A stretch of 64,000 nucleotides of DNA. Origin: Cenarchaeum sp. (lineage in GTDB: Archaea; Thermoproteota; Nitrososphaeria; Nitrososphaerales; Nitrosopumilaceae). Below the pieces are notes generated by a model, which saw only the letters and a list, made by a program, of their open reading frames with translations, did no database searches and had not been told where the DNA came from. Shown piece after piece: positions 19,249 to 28,446 of the stretch. Made by a program: the position numbers and the translations under genes. How positions within the stretch are numbered: position 1 is the stretch's first letter; each line of letters opens with the position of its first letter. Location of the stretch: the NCBI GenBank assembly GCA_963693095.2, contig OY843768.1:1664001-1728000 (forward strand). The letters are read 5' to 3'.

Positions 19249-21151
19249 CGCCTTTCACCGATTCTGTCACGCGGCTCAGTCCGGCAGGAAGCGCGCGCGC
19301 AATCTCATCAAGGCTGATGCCGCCAAGGTCTTCTCTCATGCCGGTGAGGGCCGACTTTATCCTCTTTGCCGCGTCTGCCTGCGTCGAGCCGCCGGGCTCG
19401 ATGAGCGAGCAGCACACCGACGTCGAGCGGATGGTCTGCGGCGGGCCGCAAGACACGGTGTATGCGTCGCCGAGGGGCACGGCGCCGACGGCGAGGCGGA
19501 GAGCCGGCACCCTCACAAGGTTGCGCCTGCCCTCTATTGAGAACGAGCCCCGCGGGAGAAACTGTCCGCTAGGGGCTGCCTTTTTGACCTGGGAGGGCTC
19601 GATCCAATAGGCCTCTGTCCCGTGCATCGCCTCGCGCCACGCGCGGCTAAAGCAGACCGTCGCGTGGGCGACCTCTGAGACGCTAGTGGCCGGCGCGTCT
19701 CGTCCCCCCTTTAGGAGGAAGAATGGCGATCCAAAGACGTCGGCGTGAAACACGGTGTCGCCCTCCTCCATCCTCTTCCTGATGAGCGACGTGTTTGATG
19801 ACGAGTCGCGCCCGCCGACTGCAAGCATGCCATCAGTCGTCGTAAACCAGCGATACCTCTCGTACCACGCCTTTTTGCGAATGTGCGTGACGCCAACAGA
19901 AGATGACTCGACAGTCGAGCGCTTTTGAAGCGACTCGAGCTCGGCGCGCATCTTTTTCTGGCGTGTCACGATCGACGCCTCAGCGCCGGCCTGGACCTTT
20001 GCCTCATCAAACAGGGCAGATGCGGCCGCATGCATTGACATGTGCGGCTGCACGCCAACATCACAGTCCGCAAGGCGGATCACGTCGCGTCCGCGCCGGC
20101 GCGTCAGCTGTGCGCCCCTAGAGGAGAGCTCGGCACCGGCGCGCTCATCGCGCAGGTCCATGACGCCCTGTGAGGCGAGGCGCTGCAGGCCCTGCGCAGT
20201 CTCGGAGATCTCGGCGGCCCTCTGCCGAACAAGGGCGATCGCGCGATCCTGCTCGCCAATCTGCGACTCGAGCTCGGCGACGCGCCGGTCAGTCTTGCCT
20301 GAGCGCATAGAACGGCCCGCCTCGAGGAGCCATGACGTGAGGGCCTCATCTAGCAGGTCCTCAAACGGCCTGTCCGGCTCGGCGCGCGCGCCGTCGATGA
20401 GGTGTATGGGGTTTACCGTCGTCTCGCCGTCAGCACTGATGAGCTCTGGCGCATGGTCGCCATCTATGACGCGCCGGACAGTTGAGGAGAGCACGGAGTG
20501 AAGGCGCTCCACGTCAGCCTCGCCCAGCTCGCAGCCGGGAGACTTTGGGTCAATGTGCGCATCGGCGAACACGCGCTCGACGTATCGTGACGGCAGGCCA
20601 ACGCTGCGCCCGAGCCACTTTGCGGCGCGAAGCGGCGTCTTGGAGACTGCAGAGATGTCCTCGAGCGTGGCCTCTGACGCCGAGAGATCCGAGGGCGGCG
20701 GTGGCGTGTACGTCTCGCCGACGCGCAGCGTGCGGTGTCGCACCTCGACAGAATGCAGGAGCGCAAGTATGCGGCCAGTCTCGTCACAGAGCACAATGTT
20801 GCCCTCGCCAAAGAACTCGCATATGATGCGCATTGCGCGCCCCGGCCCGCCAAACTCGAATGTCACGATGCGCTCCTCGCCGGGCTGTGACACGCCAGTC
20901 AGCCTCAGGCGCGCAAGCGAGTCGCGCATGCGACGAACGAGCGGGTTTGGCTCGATGGCCTCGACGCGCGAGGACGTCGGCCATGCGCCGCGCGTGGAGA
21001 TGAGCAGAAAGACGTCATCCTTCTCGGGATGGTGCATCTTTATGAGGAGCGTCTTGCGGTTCACGCCGTACACGTTGGCCACATAGTGGCCCTCGGCGAG
21101 GCCGGCCATGCGCCTCACAAGATAGCAAACCTCGATTCCGGCAAGTGCCAT
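19235..21151 (-). CDS. NFACT/Rqc2 (RqcH) ribosome quality control protein
   Basis: EFFGEGNIVL, KAWYERYRWF, GGRD, FHADVFGSP, FLPRGSFSIEG. Confidence 0.9.
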   Translation of the reverse strand: MALAGIEVCYLVRRMAGLAEGHYVANVYGVNRKTLLIKMHHPEKDDVFLLISTRGAWPTSSRVEAIEPNPLVRRMRDSLARLRLTGVSQPGEERIVTFEFGGPGRAMRIICEFFGEGNIVLCDETGRILALLHSVEVRHRTLRVGETYTPPPPSDLSASEATLEDISAVSKTPLRAAKWLGRSVGLPSRYVERVFADAHIDPKSPGCELGEADVERLHSVLSSTVRRVIDGDHAPELISADGETTVNPIHLIDGARAEPDRPFEDLLDEALTSWLLEAGRSMRSGKTDRRVAELESQIGEQDRAIALVRQRAAEISETAQGLQRLASQGVMDLRDERAGAELSSRGAQLTRRRGRDVIRLADCDVGVQPHMSMHAAASALFDEAKVQAGAEASIVTRQKKMRAELESLQKRSTVESSSVGVTHIRKKAWYERYRWFTTTDGMLAVGGRDSSSNTSLIRKRMEEGDTVFHADVFGSPFFLLKGGRDAPATSVSEVAHATVCFSRAWREAMHGTEAYWIEPSQVKKAAPSGQFLPRGSFSIEGRRNLVRVPALRLAVGAVPLGDAYTVSCGPPQTIRSTSVCCSLIEPGGSTQADAAKRIKSALTGMREDLGGISLDEIARALPAGLSRVTESVKGDAGA

Positions 21152-21238
21152 TGGCACGCGGCGAGGCGGGGGGCGATATAGCCTTGATGGGCGCGACAAG
21201 GGTTTTAAGCGAGGCGCCGTGCGTGAGCGCGGATCGCA

Positions 21239-21697
21239 TTGGCAAAGCACAAAAAGCCCAGCGAGGGGCAGCATGGGCCGCAGGAGGAGCCACGCGAGGG
21301 TCCGGAGGCGCCAGCGCCAAAGGCCGGCGCAGGCACGCCGGGAGGGGCCGGCGCTGAGGCGTCATTTGAGGCCGCCGAGCGGGCTCGCAAGCTCAACTTT
21401 CTCTTTTGGCTCAGGGTGGGCCTCGCAGTTGCGGCCGGAACGGCAGCAACGTTTCTCTTTGAGGGGATCAGCGGCGAGGATCGGCGCTGGGCGTCGATTG
21501 CGTTCATGATCATCGTGTTCTTTGGGACGATTCTCTTTGCAAAGACGATGAGGCTGCGCCTTCCGGCATCTGACCGGAAAAAGATCGTCACGCAGGGGAT
21601 TGGAAGTTATGTCTTTATCTACCTCTTTACGTGGATAACGAGCTATACGTTTGTCAACCTTCCCGAGGGCGGCGGCCTAGGCGCGCCGCTCGGGTGA
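21239..21697 (+). CDS. Hypothetical membrane protein (3 TM)
   Basis: Three hydrophobic segments; coupled to cbiT. Confidence 0.75.
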   Translation: MAKHKKPSEGQHGPQEEPREGPEAPAPKAGAGTPGGAGAEASFEAAERARKLNFLFWLRVGLAVAAGTAATFLFEGISGEDRRWASIAFMIIVFFGTILFAKTMRLRLPASDRKKIVTQGIGSYVFIYLFTWITSYTFVNLPEGGGLGAPLG

Positions 21698-22299
21698 GCC
21701 GCACGTTGTGGGATGCGGCAACGCCGGGAATCCCCGACGCCGAGTTTGCGCGCGAGGAGGGCGTCCCAATAACAAAGGAGGAGGTTCGCGCGATCCAGGT
21801 GTCAAAGGCGAGAATTCACCGCGGCGCGACGGTGATTGACGTTGGGTGCGGGAGCGGCTCGGTGACCGTCGAGGCGGCCCTGCAGGCCGGCGAGGGTGCG
21901 GACATTCACGCAATAGACTCTGATGCGCGGGCCGTGGAGCTCACAAGGTCAAACCTTGGGCGCTTTGGCGTAAGGGCAACTGTGCACCACGCCGATGCGC
22001 GCGAGTGCGTTGGGCAGATGCCCGAGGCAGATGCGATATTTGTTGGCGGGATGGGCGGTGCGACCTCGGCGGTTCTTGCGCTGTGCGCCAAAAGGCTGCG
22101 GGCCGGCGGGCGCATCGTTGTCGGCACAATACTAGTCGAGACGCTCTTTGAGGTCATCGGCGAGATGGACAGGCTTCCGCTAGGCGACGTTGACATTACG
22201 CAGGTCACGATAGCAAAGAGCCGCAAGACGTCGACGGGGACGATGATGCTCGCAAGAAACCCCGTCACAATAGTGTCTGCCACGCGCGCAGGCCCCTAG
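21694..22299 (+). CDS. cbiT: Cobalt-precorrin-6B C15-methyltransferase (decarboxylating)
   Basis: PGIPD..PITKEEVR..DVGCGSGS..FVGG..ARNPV. Confidence 0.92.
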   Translation: MSRTLWDAATPGIPDAEFAREEGVPITKEEVRAIQVSKARIHRGATVIDVGCGSGSVTVEAALQAGEGADIHAIDSDARAVELTRSNLGRFGVRATVHHADARECVGQMPEADAIFVGGMGGATSAVLALCAKRLRAGGRIVVGTILVETLFEVIGEMDRLPLGDVDITQVTIAKSRKTSTGTMMLARNPVTIVSATRAGP

Positions 22300-22450
22300 A
22301 CCCCAATGGTAGGCCATGTGTCACGTGCGAGCCCAAAGCGGTCCGCAGAGATCGCCCGGAGGGCAGGCGGGGCTGACTGGTGCGCTCGTGCGTGATCGGC
22401 TGCTGATTTCGGCAAGTAGTTTATTAAATTCCACGCTTCGCACTCGCATC

Positions 22451-22532
22451 AAGGGTGTTATGCCGGTCTGAAGGCCTCCCTAGAGGCGGCGGAAGCGGGA
22501 CCTATCCTGCACCGCCGTCCTGCCTTCTCCAA
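22451..22532 (+). ncRNA. DUF3800-associated structured RNA candidate M3
   Basis: Compensatory inner stem GCGGGA/TCCTGC; TTTATTAA at 22420. Confidence 0.7.
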
Positions 22533-22533
22533 A

Positions 22534-23244
22534 TTATACTAGATGCTCTCCGCCCCTAACGGCCGTCTTCATGGACTGCGCCATGTCCAGGAACACCTTT
22601 TCAAAGTTCTTGTCGCCGTTCCTGTACCTCTTTACAACATATGCGACAAGATCCGCTGCCTGTATTGGCAGGCTGCTCTGTGAGTCAACATATTCTATTC
22701 CGGTCACGTGGCTAGTTTGTATGTCTAGTATTCTGCTCTTGCCCTGTCTGGCATTTGCAAGAACCACCGCATTTTGTTTTTGCTTGCTTTCTGGCACATA
22801 GTCTGAAACTATGCGTACAGTGTCCACTGATTCAGTGGTATGCACAAACTGTTCAAGATTCTCAAACAGGATTGTCATGGCGTATTTTAGGGTCTTGTCT
22901 TTGTTATACGTTTTGGATCCTCTTTTGTTGTCCACTATCACACAAAAGACTTTCGTGTCAGATCCACGCACAATCTCTAGAACAGCGTCAAAGATGGCGA
23001 TTTTTTGCGTGATAGTTCTTGCTCGCAAGCCACGTTTTTGTCCGGGCACAGATCCACGCATCAGGTCTTTTCCGTGCAGTTCCCATGCATCGGGATCATC
23101 TGGCGCCAATCCTCGCTTGAACCTCTGCACTGCACTATTTAGCTTTGTGATCGTCGCAGGACTCCCAATAATGCATACAAGTACAAATTCATCACTTTTC
23201 TCGTCGCTGCCTGCTTCATCCACATAGGCAGTCCATTCTACCAT
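22534..23244 (-). CDS. DUF3800 family protein 2 (optional GTG extension to 23352)
   Basis: YVDEAG..WELHGKD..IVSD..IQAADLVAY. Confidence 0.85.
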   Translation of the reverse strand: MVEWTAYVDEAGSDEKSDEFVLVCIIGSPATITKLNSAVQRFKRGLAPDDPDAWELHGKDLMRGSVPGQKRGLRARTITQKIAIFDAVLEIVRGSDTKVFCVIVDNKRGSKTYNKDKTLKYAMTILFENLEQFVHTTESVDTVRIVSDYVPESKQKQNAVVLANARQGKSRILDIQTSHVTGIEYVDSQSSLPIQAADLVAYVVKRYRNGDKNFEKVFLDMAQSMKTAVRGGEHLV

Positions 23245-23700
23245 AATGCCCGCCTGTCTAAAATATGCAAAGTATATACCGTGACCTGGTCTGGCGAGTA
23301 CCTCCGGGAGATCAAGGTTGCATGTGATGGCCTTTTCATCTGCAGCTAGCACTCCTGCTTGCTTTTGCCATGATCCTACAACAATTATTCACCAAGCTGA
23401 TCCGTTGTGTTGACAAGATGTGATCGTGGAGCAGTGGGGCGGCAACTGCGATCTAGTCCTGCCGGGCCATAGTCGAGTGTGTGCCAAAGCCGACCCAGGG
23501 CGATGTGCGGTTGGGTCTCCTCACAGACGGCTCGCATGATCACGCGTCGGACCCCCAATAGTCGGTCATGTGTCACGTGCGGGTTCAAAACGACCCTTTG
23601 GAATCGCCGAGCACAAGCGGGTCGGTTGCGGGCGTGCGTGCGTGATCGGCCACTGATTTCGGCAAATAGTTTATTAAATTCCTCGCCTCGCACTCGCATC

Positions 23701-23773
23701 AAGGTTGCCAACTGATGGTCGCCCCAGAGGCGGCGCCTGCGGTCATATGACCGCGCCGCCGTCTCGCATCTAA
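23701..23773 (+). ncRNA. DUF3800-associated structured RNA candidate M4
   Basis: GAGGCGGCG/CGCCGTCTC and GCGGTC/GACCGC stems; TTTATTAA at 23670. Confidence 0.7.
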
Positions 23774-24489
23774 AATATGATAAAAGGGTGCTGCATGCTG
23801 CCATCATGTGTTTTTGCGGGATCCGTTAGTTTTGCAAACATATTCGCAAAGTTTTTGTCTCCATTTCCATATCTGTGTATAACATATGCTATTATATCCA
23901 CCGCCTGTATGAACACATTATCTTGTGAATCAACATATTCTATTCCTGTCACATGACTAGTTTGGATTGTTGGCTTGGTGCTGTTGCCTCGTCTAGAATT
24001 GTTAAAAGCTGTGTTAATTATTTTCTGTTCGTCAGGCAACACACGATCTGAAACTAGACGTATAGTGTCTATGGGTCGAGTATGTACAAACTGTTCAAGC
24101 CTCCCAAACAAGATCATCATCGCATATTCTAGACTTTGGTCTTGGCCATATTTTTTAGATAGTCGTTCATTGGCTATTAATGTGCCAAAAATACTAATAT
24201 CAAATTCACATACAAGATCCACAACAGCATTAAAAATAGCTAGTTTTTTTGTAAGAGACCTTATTCGTAAACTTTGGTTTTTTTGACAGCTGTATCCACG
24301 CATTATGTTTTTGCCATGCAGTTCCCATGTGTCAGGATCATGCCCCAGTACCAATCCGCGTTTAAATCCACGTATGGCACTACTTAACTGTGTCATATTT
24401 TCTGGACTTCCAGTAATACATGCATGCACAAAATCGACACTTTTGCCGTCTTTGCCCGATTCGTCCACATAGGCCGTCCATTCTACCAT
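23770..24489 (-). CDS. DUF3800 family protein 3
   Basis: YVDESG..WELHGKN..LVSD..IQAVDIIAY; markedly AT-rich. Confidence 0.85.
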   Translation of the reverse strand: MVEWTAYVDESGKDGKSVDFVHACITGSPENMTQLSSAIRGFKRGLVLGHDPDTWELHGKNIMRGYSCQKNQSLRIRSLTKKLAIFNAVVDLVCEFDISIFGTLIANERLSKKYGQDQSLEYAMMILFGRLEQFVHTRPIDTIRLVSDRVLPDEQKIINTAFNNSRRGNSTKPTIQTSHVTGIEYVDSQDNVFIQAVDIIAYVIHRYGNGDKNFANMFAKLTDPAKTHDGSMQHPFIIF

Positions 24490-24897
24490 GTTAGCATCAT
24501 ACTCCCAACAATCAATAGGCGTGTTGCGATCGAATCAGCGAGATCGTCGCTTGCGATCAAGATCGCACGTGTTGATCCTGGCATCCGCCACCTACACTCC
24601 TGCATGCTTTTCTCATGATCCCACAACAATTTTTTACAAAGCTGATCCACTGTATTGACAAGATGTGATCGCAGAGCGGTAGAGCAGCAACTGCGATCTA
24701 GTCCCGCCGGATCATAGTCGAATATGTGCCAAAGCCGACCTAGGGCGATGTGCGGTTGGGTCTCCTCACAAGCAACTCACATGATCACGCATCAGGCCCC
24801 CAATAGTTGGTCATGCGCCAAAGATGACCTAAAACGGCCTTTCGGAGCCGTCCGTGATGCAAGACCGATCGGAACGTGCGTAATCGGCCACTGATTT

Positions 24898-25009
24898 GTA
24901 TAGGGTCGGCACCCCTCTGCTCGTTTGGCCAAATAGGCGTATCCTGTCGATCGACTTGCCACTTCGGTGCCTGTCTAGGCATGAACGGGCAGGGGTGCTG
25001 ACCCCATAC
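24898..25009. mobile_element. MITE copy 5 (112 bp) with 8-bp TSD ACTGATTT
   Basis: TSD at 24890-97 and 25010-17; empty site in the paralogous unit near 23652. Confidence 0.92.
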
Positions 25010-25058
25010 ACTGATTTCGGCTAATAGTTTATTAAGTCCCATGTCTCCCACTCGCGCC

Positions 25059-25136
25059 AAGGTGTTGCCAGTCGGATGGTCACCCCAGGGGCGGCGGCGG
25101 CGGTCATATGGCCGCACCGCCGTCCTGACTTCTAAA
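25059..25136 (+). ncRNA. DUF3800-associated structured RNA candidate M5 (no intact cognate gene)
   Basis: Same fold; TTTATTAA at 25028. Confidence 0.7.
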
Positions 25137-25407
25137 CATGACAAAGGCGTGTTGCGCGCCTGCCGCATCTGTTTTTGCGGCTCGCGTCGGTGCGTGATTG
25201 AGCCTTCCCACGGGCAGTCCGCATGACCACGCAAGGCCGCGACAGTTAATCACGAGCCGCCAGTCAGGAGGCGGCGTTCAGGAACGCGCATGCTCGCCAG
25301 ACGTGATCCGGACCACGAGTCCCACAGGGCAATATCTGCGCGCGCCACACAACTAGCTGCCAGCCCCGCGCGAGGCTTAATTAGGACGCAGCTAGCCGAG
25401 TCGCGCA

Positions 25408-26139
25408 ATGGCGCAGCTTACCGCTATAGGGTGCGGACCCGGAGACCCAGACTTGCTCACGATAAAGGCAAAAAAGGCCATAGACTCCGCAAAGGCCATA
25501 CTCTGTCCCGCATCTGGCGAGGATCGCCCGAGCATTGCGCTCTCGATAGCACAGCCGCTCATCGACCCCGCAAGGAAACAAAAGATAGTAAAGCTCATCT
25601 TTCCGATGACAAAGGATCCCGTGGTTCTCGGCAAGACGTGGGAAAAGAACGCCGAGGAGATGGCCAGGGAGGTCAACGCCGCCGGAACTGCAGTCTATTT
25701 GACCGTCGGGGATCCATACCTGTACAGCACGTGGATGTATCTCCACAAGCGCCTGGTTCGCGACCACCCAGAGATAGAGATTACCGTTGTGCCGGGAATC
25801 GTGTCCGTCTTTATGTTTGCCTCAAGGGTCGGCATGAGCCTTGCTGAGGGGGCCGAAAAGCTCACCATCGTGCCCTCGTGCTATGACCTCACGCAGGTTC
25901 GCGAGCTCGCAAAAAACTCAGACACGATGGTATTCCTAAAGGACGGTCAGTACTTTGGGCACGTCATAGAGCTCTTGCGCGAGGCCGGCTATTCGCCAGA
26001 CTCGCCGTTTGCCATAGGGCAGGATCTCGGAACCGAGCGCGAGCGCGTCACAAAGACGACACTCGGCGAGATCGACTTGGACACGTCTGAGATGCGCTAT
26101 TTCTCGATACTGATGGTAAAGCGGGCCCATGACAGTTGA
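25408..26139 (+). CDS. cbiL: Cobalt-precorrin-2 C20-methyltransferase
   Basis: GCGPGDPDLLT, FPMTKD, VGDPYLYST, YFSILMV. Confidence 0.9.
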   Translation: MAQLTAIGCGPGDPDLLTIKAKKAIDSAKAILCPASGEDRPSIALSIAQPLIDPARKQKIVKLIFPMTKDPVVLGKTWEKNAEEMAREVNAAGTAVYLTVGDPYLYSTWMYLHKRLVRDHPEIEITVVPGIVSVFMFASRVGMSLAEGAEKLTIVPSCYDLTQVRELAKNSDTMVFLKDGQYFGHVIELLREAGYSPDSPFAIGQDLGTERERVTKTTLGEIDLDTSEMRYFSILMVKRAHDS

Positions 26140-26887
26140 CTTTGTGGGGTGCGGGCCCGGGGACCCCGACCTGATCACGGTAAAGGCCAAGGGCATACTC
26201 GAGCGCGCCGAGGTCGTAGTCTATTCGGGCTCGCTTGTGCCCAAGGCCATCATGGACATGTGCGCCGGCGCAAAGCTCCATGACGCCTCAGGCATGGTCC
26301 GCGAGGAGATAACGCGCATTCTCCTAGAGGGCGAGCGGGCCGCAAAGCGCACGGTTCGCCTCCATGACGGGGATCCGGCGATATACGGGGCGATCAGGGA
26401 GCAGATCGACGCGTTGGCCGCCGAGGGCACAAGGTCGCGCATAGTGCCCGGCGTGACGTCGTTTCTTGCCGCAGCAGCGGCCCTAGGCTCGCAGCTCACG
26501 CTCCCCGGAGTGACGCAGTCGATAATCATAACGCGGGCCGAGAGGCGCACTAGCGTGCCTCCGCGCGAGTCAGTCGCCTCGCTTGCGTCCCACGGGGCCA
26601 CGATGGTCTTTTACCTGAGCGTTCACCTCCTAGACGGGATCGTCCGCGATGCGCTAGCGGGTGGCTACACAGAGTCCACGCCGGCTGCAGTCGTTTACAG
26701 GGCAAGCTGGGATGACGAGCAGGTGATCGTCGGGACACTCGGTGACATTGCGCGCCGTACAAGGGATGCGGGGATAACAAGAACTGCCATCATCGTGATT
26801 GGTGACGTTGTTGCGCCAAAGTCCTACGAGTTTTCGCGCCTTTATGACGCGTCATTTGGCCACGGGTACAGAAAGGCCAAAAAGTGA
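26129..26887 (+). CDS. cbiF: Cobalt-precorrin-4 C11-methyltransferase
   Basis: YSGSLV, RLHDGDPAIYGAIREQ, SRLYDASFGHGYR. Confidence 0.93.
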   Translation: MTVDFVGCGPGDPDLITVKAKGILERAEVVVYSGSLVPKAIMDMCAGAKLHDASGMVREEITRILLEGERAAKRTVRLHDGDPAIYGAIREQIDALAAEGTRSRIVPGVTSFLAAAAALGSQLTLPGVTQSIIITRAERRTSVPPRESVASLASHGATMVFYLSVHLLDGIVRDALAGGYTESTPAAVVYRASWDDEQVIVGTLGDIARRTRDAGITRTAIIVIGDVVAPKSYEFSRLYDASFGHGYRKAKK

Positions 26888-27652
26888 CTAGATCTCAAGG
26901 AGCGTTGCCTTTTGGCCTATGCCGAGCTTTGTGAGGTAGATCTGGAGCACTCTGGGGTCTTTTGTCGTATAGATGCGCAGCGTTGGCGGTCCGGCATCCA
27001 CGCCAACTAGGCGCACGATGCGCTCGGCGACTGTCGCGGCGGGATCCACAAACGTCACATTCGAGATGGTTCGGCGCATGAGCGGGAGGAGGAGCGGGAG
27101 ATGCGTGCTTGAGAGCGTTGCGACATCAATCGAGTTGCTCTCAAAGGTCTTGTGGAGCGTTTTGCGTATGGCCGTAACGCAGCGTGGCCTCTGCCCGATA
27201 AACCTGGCGTGCTCCACAATGTCGATTAGCGCTGATGCGTCGATGCACGTGAAATTGCATGGGGGAGTCGTGTTGTTCATCTCGATGTGGCGCGCAAGCT
27301 CCTCGCTGCGTGATGCCGAGCGCGAGGCGAGGACCGCAATGTTGCCGGTCCTTGAGGCCTCCGCGGCGGCCCTTATCGGGGGCAGGACGCCGATGACGCG
27401 CTCGCCGAGAAGGTCCGGGGTGAGAAGCGAGGGCGTGTTGGAGCCGACCACGATGACGTCTGGCGAGAACTCTTTGCGCAGGGCCGTGATGCATGACGAG
27501 ACGGCCTCGGCGAGGCGCTCGGTGCTCATGGCCCCATAGGGGTAGCTCTGGCGGTCAGCGAGGTATATGACCTCCGAGCGCGTGGCCCGCATGATCGGCC
27601 CCACGAGGGAGAGCGAGCCGAGGCCCGAGTCAAACACGGCTATCCGCGCCAT
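26888..27652 (-). CDS. Asp/Glu racemase (MurI-like) family protein with Ser at both catalytic Cys positions
   Basis: FDSGLGSLS, D..SYPYG, GSNT, SSTH. Confidence 0.82.
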   Translation of the reverse strand: MARIAVFDSGLGSLSLVGPIMRATRSEVIYLADRQSYPYGAMSTERLAEAVSSCITALRKEFSPDVIVVGSNTPSLLTPDLLGERVIGVLPPIRAAAEASRTGNIAVLASRSASRSEELARHIEMNNTTPPCNFTCIDASALIDIVEHARFIGQRPRCVTAIRKTLHKTFESNSIDVATLSSTHLPLLLPLMRRTISNVTFVDPAATVAERIVRLVGVDAGPPTLRIYTTKDPRVLQIYLTKLGIGQKATLLEI

Positions 27653-27742
27653 GCGCGGGCCTCGCCTAGTCAGCTAATTTTAGCTTGCGGTTGATCTAAA
27701 TATACACCGACCATTAAGAGCTGCGCTCCCGACTCGTGCGTA

Positions 27743-28408
27743 ATGCCAGGACTAGAAAAGACTTGGACCACTAGGGATCGTCCGGGAGTCGCAGACAAGC
27801 TCCGTGGCGCTGTAAAGCCACAGGGGGCACTAAAGCCGCAGATACAGAATGCCGTCACAAAGATGCAGGTGCAGGTACACCGCCTTGATGGCGTCATCGC
27901 AAAGCTAAATGAGCGCGACGCACGGGTATTCCAGAAAATAGTGGCCGCAATGCAAGAGCATAACACAAATGCCAGCCGCGTTCTCTCCAATGAACTCGTC
28001 GAGATACGAAAGGTAAGCCGCAAGATGGCCAGCGTCAGAATGCAGATCGAGCAGGTTCAGCTTCGCCTGACAACCATGCACGAGCTCGGCGACGCAATGG
28101 TCGAGCTCTCTCCGGCGATGCAGACGATGAAGGACTTGCAGCCTTCCCTTGGAAAGTTCATGCCAGAGGCCGACGGCGAGCTGGCCGGAATGGCCCAAAC
28201 GCTAGGCGGAATGTTCGGCGAATCCTCTATTGGTGGCGTGTTTGACCAGCAAGAGGCGGAGGTTCCAACCGGCGAGACTGCGAGGATACTCGAGGAGGCT
28301 CAGGCCATGGCCGAAGTCGGCACGGGGGCAAAGTTCCCCGAGGCTCCAATGCCAGATGGGGTGCAGGGCTCTACTTCCTCATCGCCCACGGCATCTACCT
28401 TCGAGTAG
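27743..28408 (+). CDS. cdvB: CdvB / ESCRT-III (Snf7) cell-division protein
   Basis: Coiled-coil Snf7 pattern NELVEIRK..EQVQLRLTT..LGD..ILEEA. Confidence 0.85.
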   Translation: MPGLEKTWTTRDRPGVADKLRGAVKPQGALKPQIQNAVTKMQVQVHRLDGVIAKLNERDARVFQKIVAAMQEHNTNASRVLSNELVEIRKVSRKMASVRMQIEQVQLRLTTMHELGDAMVELSPAMQTMKDLQPSLGKFMPEADGELAGMAQTLGGMFGESSIGGVFDQQEAEVPTGETARILEEAQAMAEVGTGAKFPEAPMPDGVQGSTSSSPTASTFE

Positions 28409-28446
28409 TCAAGAATTTTTTCATTTTTTAATTGTGCGCCCTTGCG

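Larger units (their letters stand above)
22300..25190. repeat. Tandem ~1.25-kb repeat array (non-coding block + RNA motif + DUF3800 gene) between cbiT and cbiL
   Basis: Homologous blocks at ~22300-22530, 23350-23775 and 24600-25140; related to 9990-11270. Confidence 0.85.

Noticed and set aside
23370-23423. 17-aa micro-ORF (MILQQLFTKLIRCVDKM) in the DUF3800 upstream block
   Set aside because: Frame not conserved in the third copy; overlaps the probable promoter
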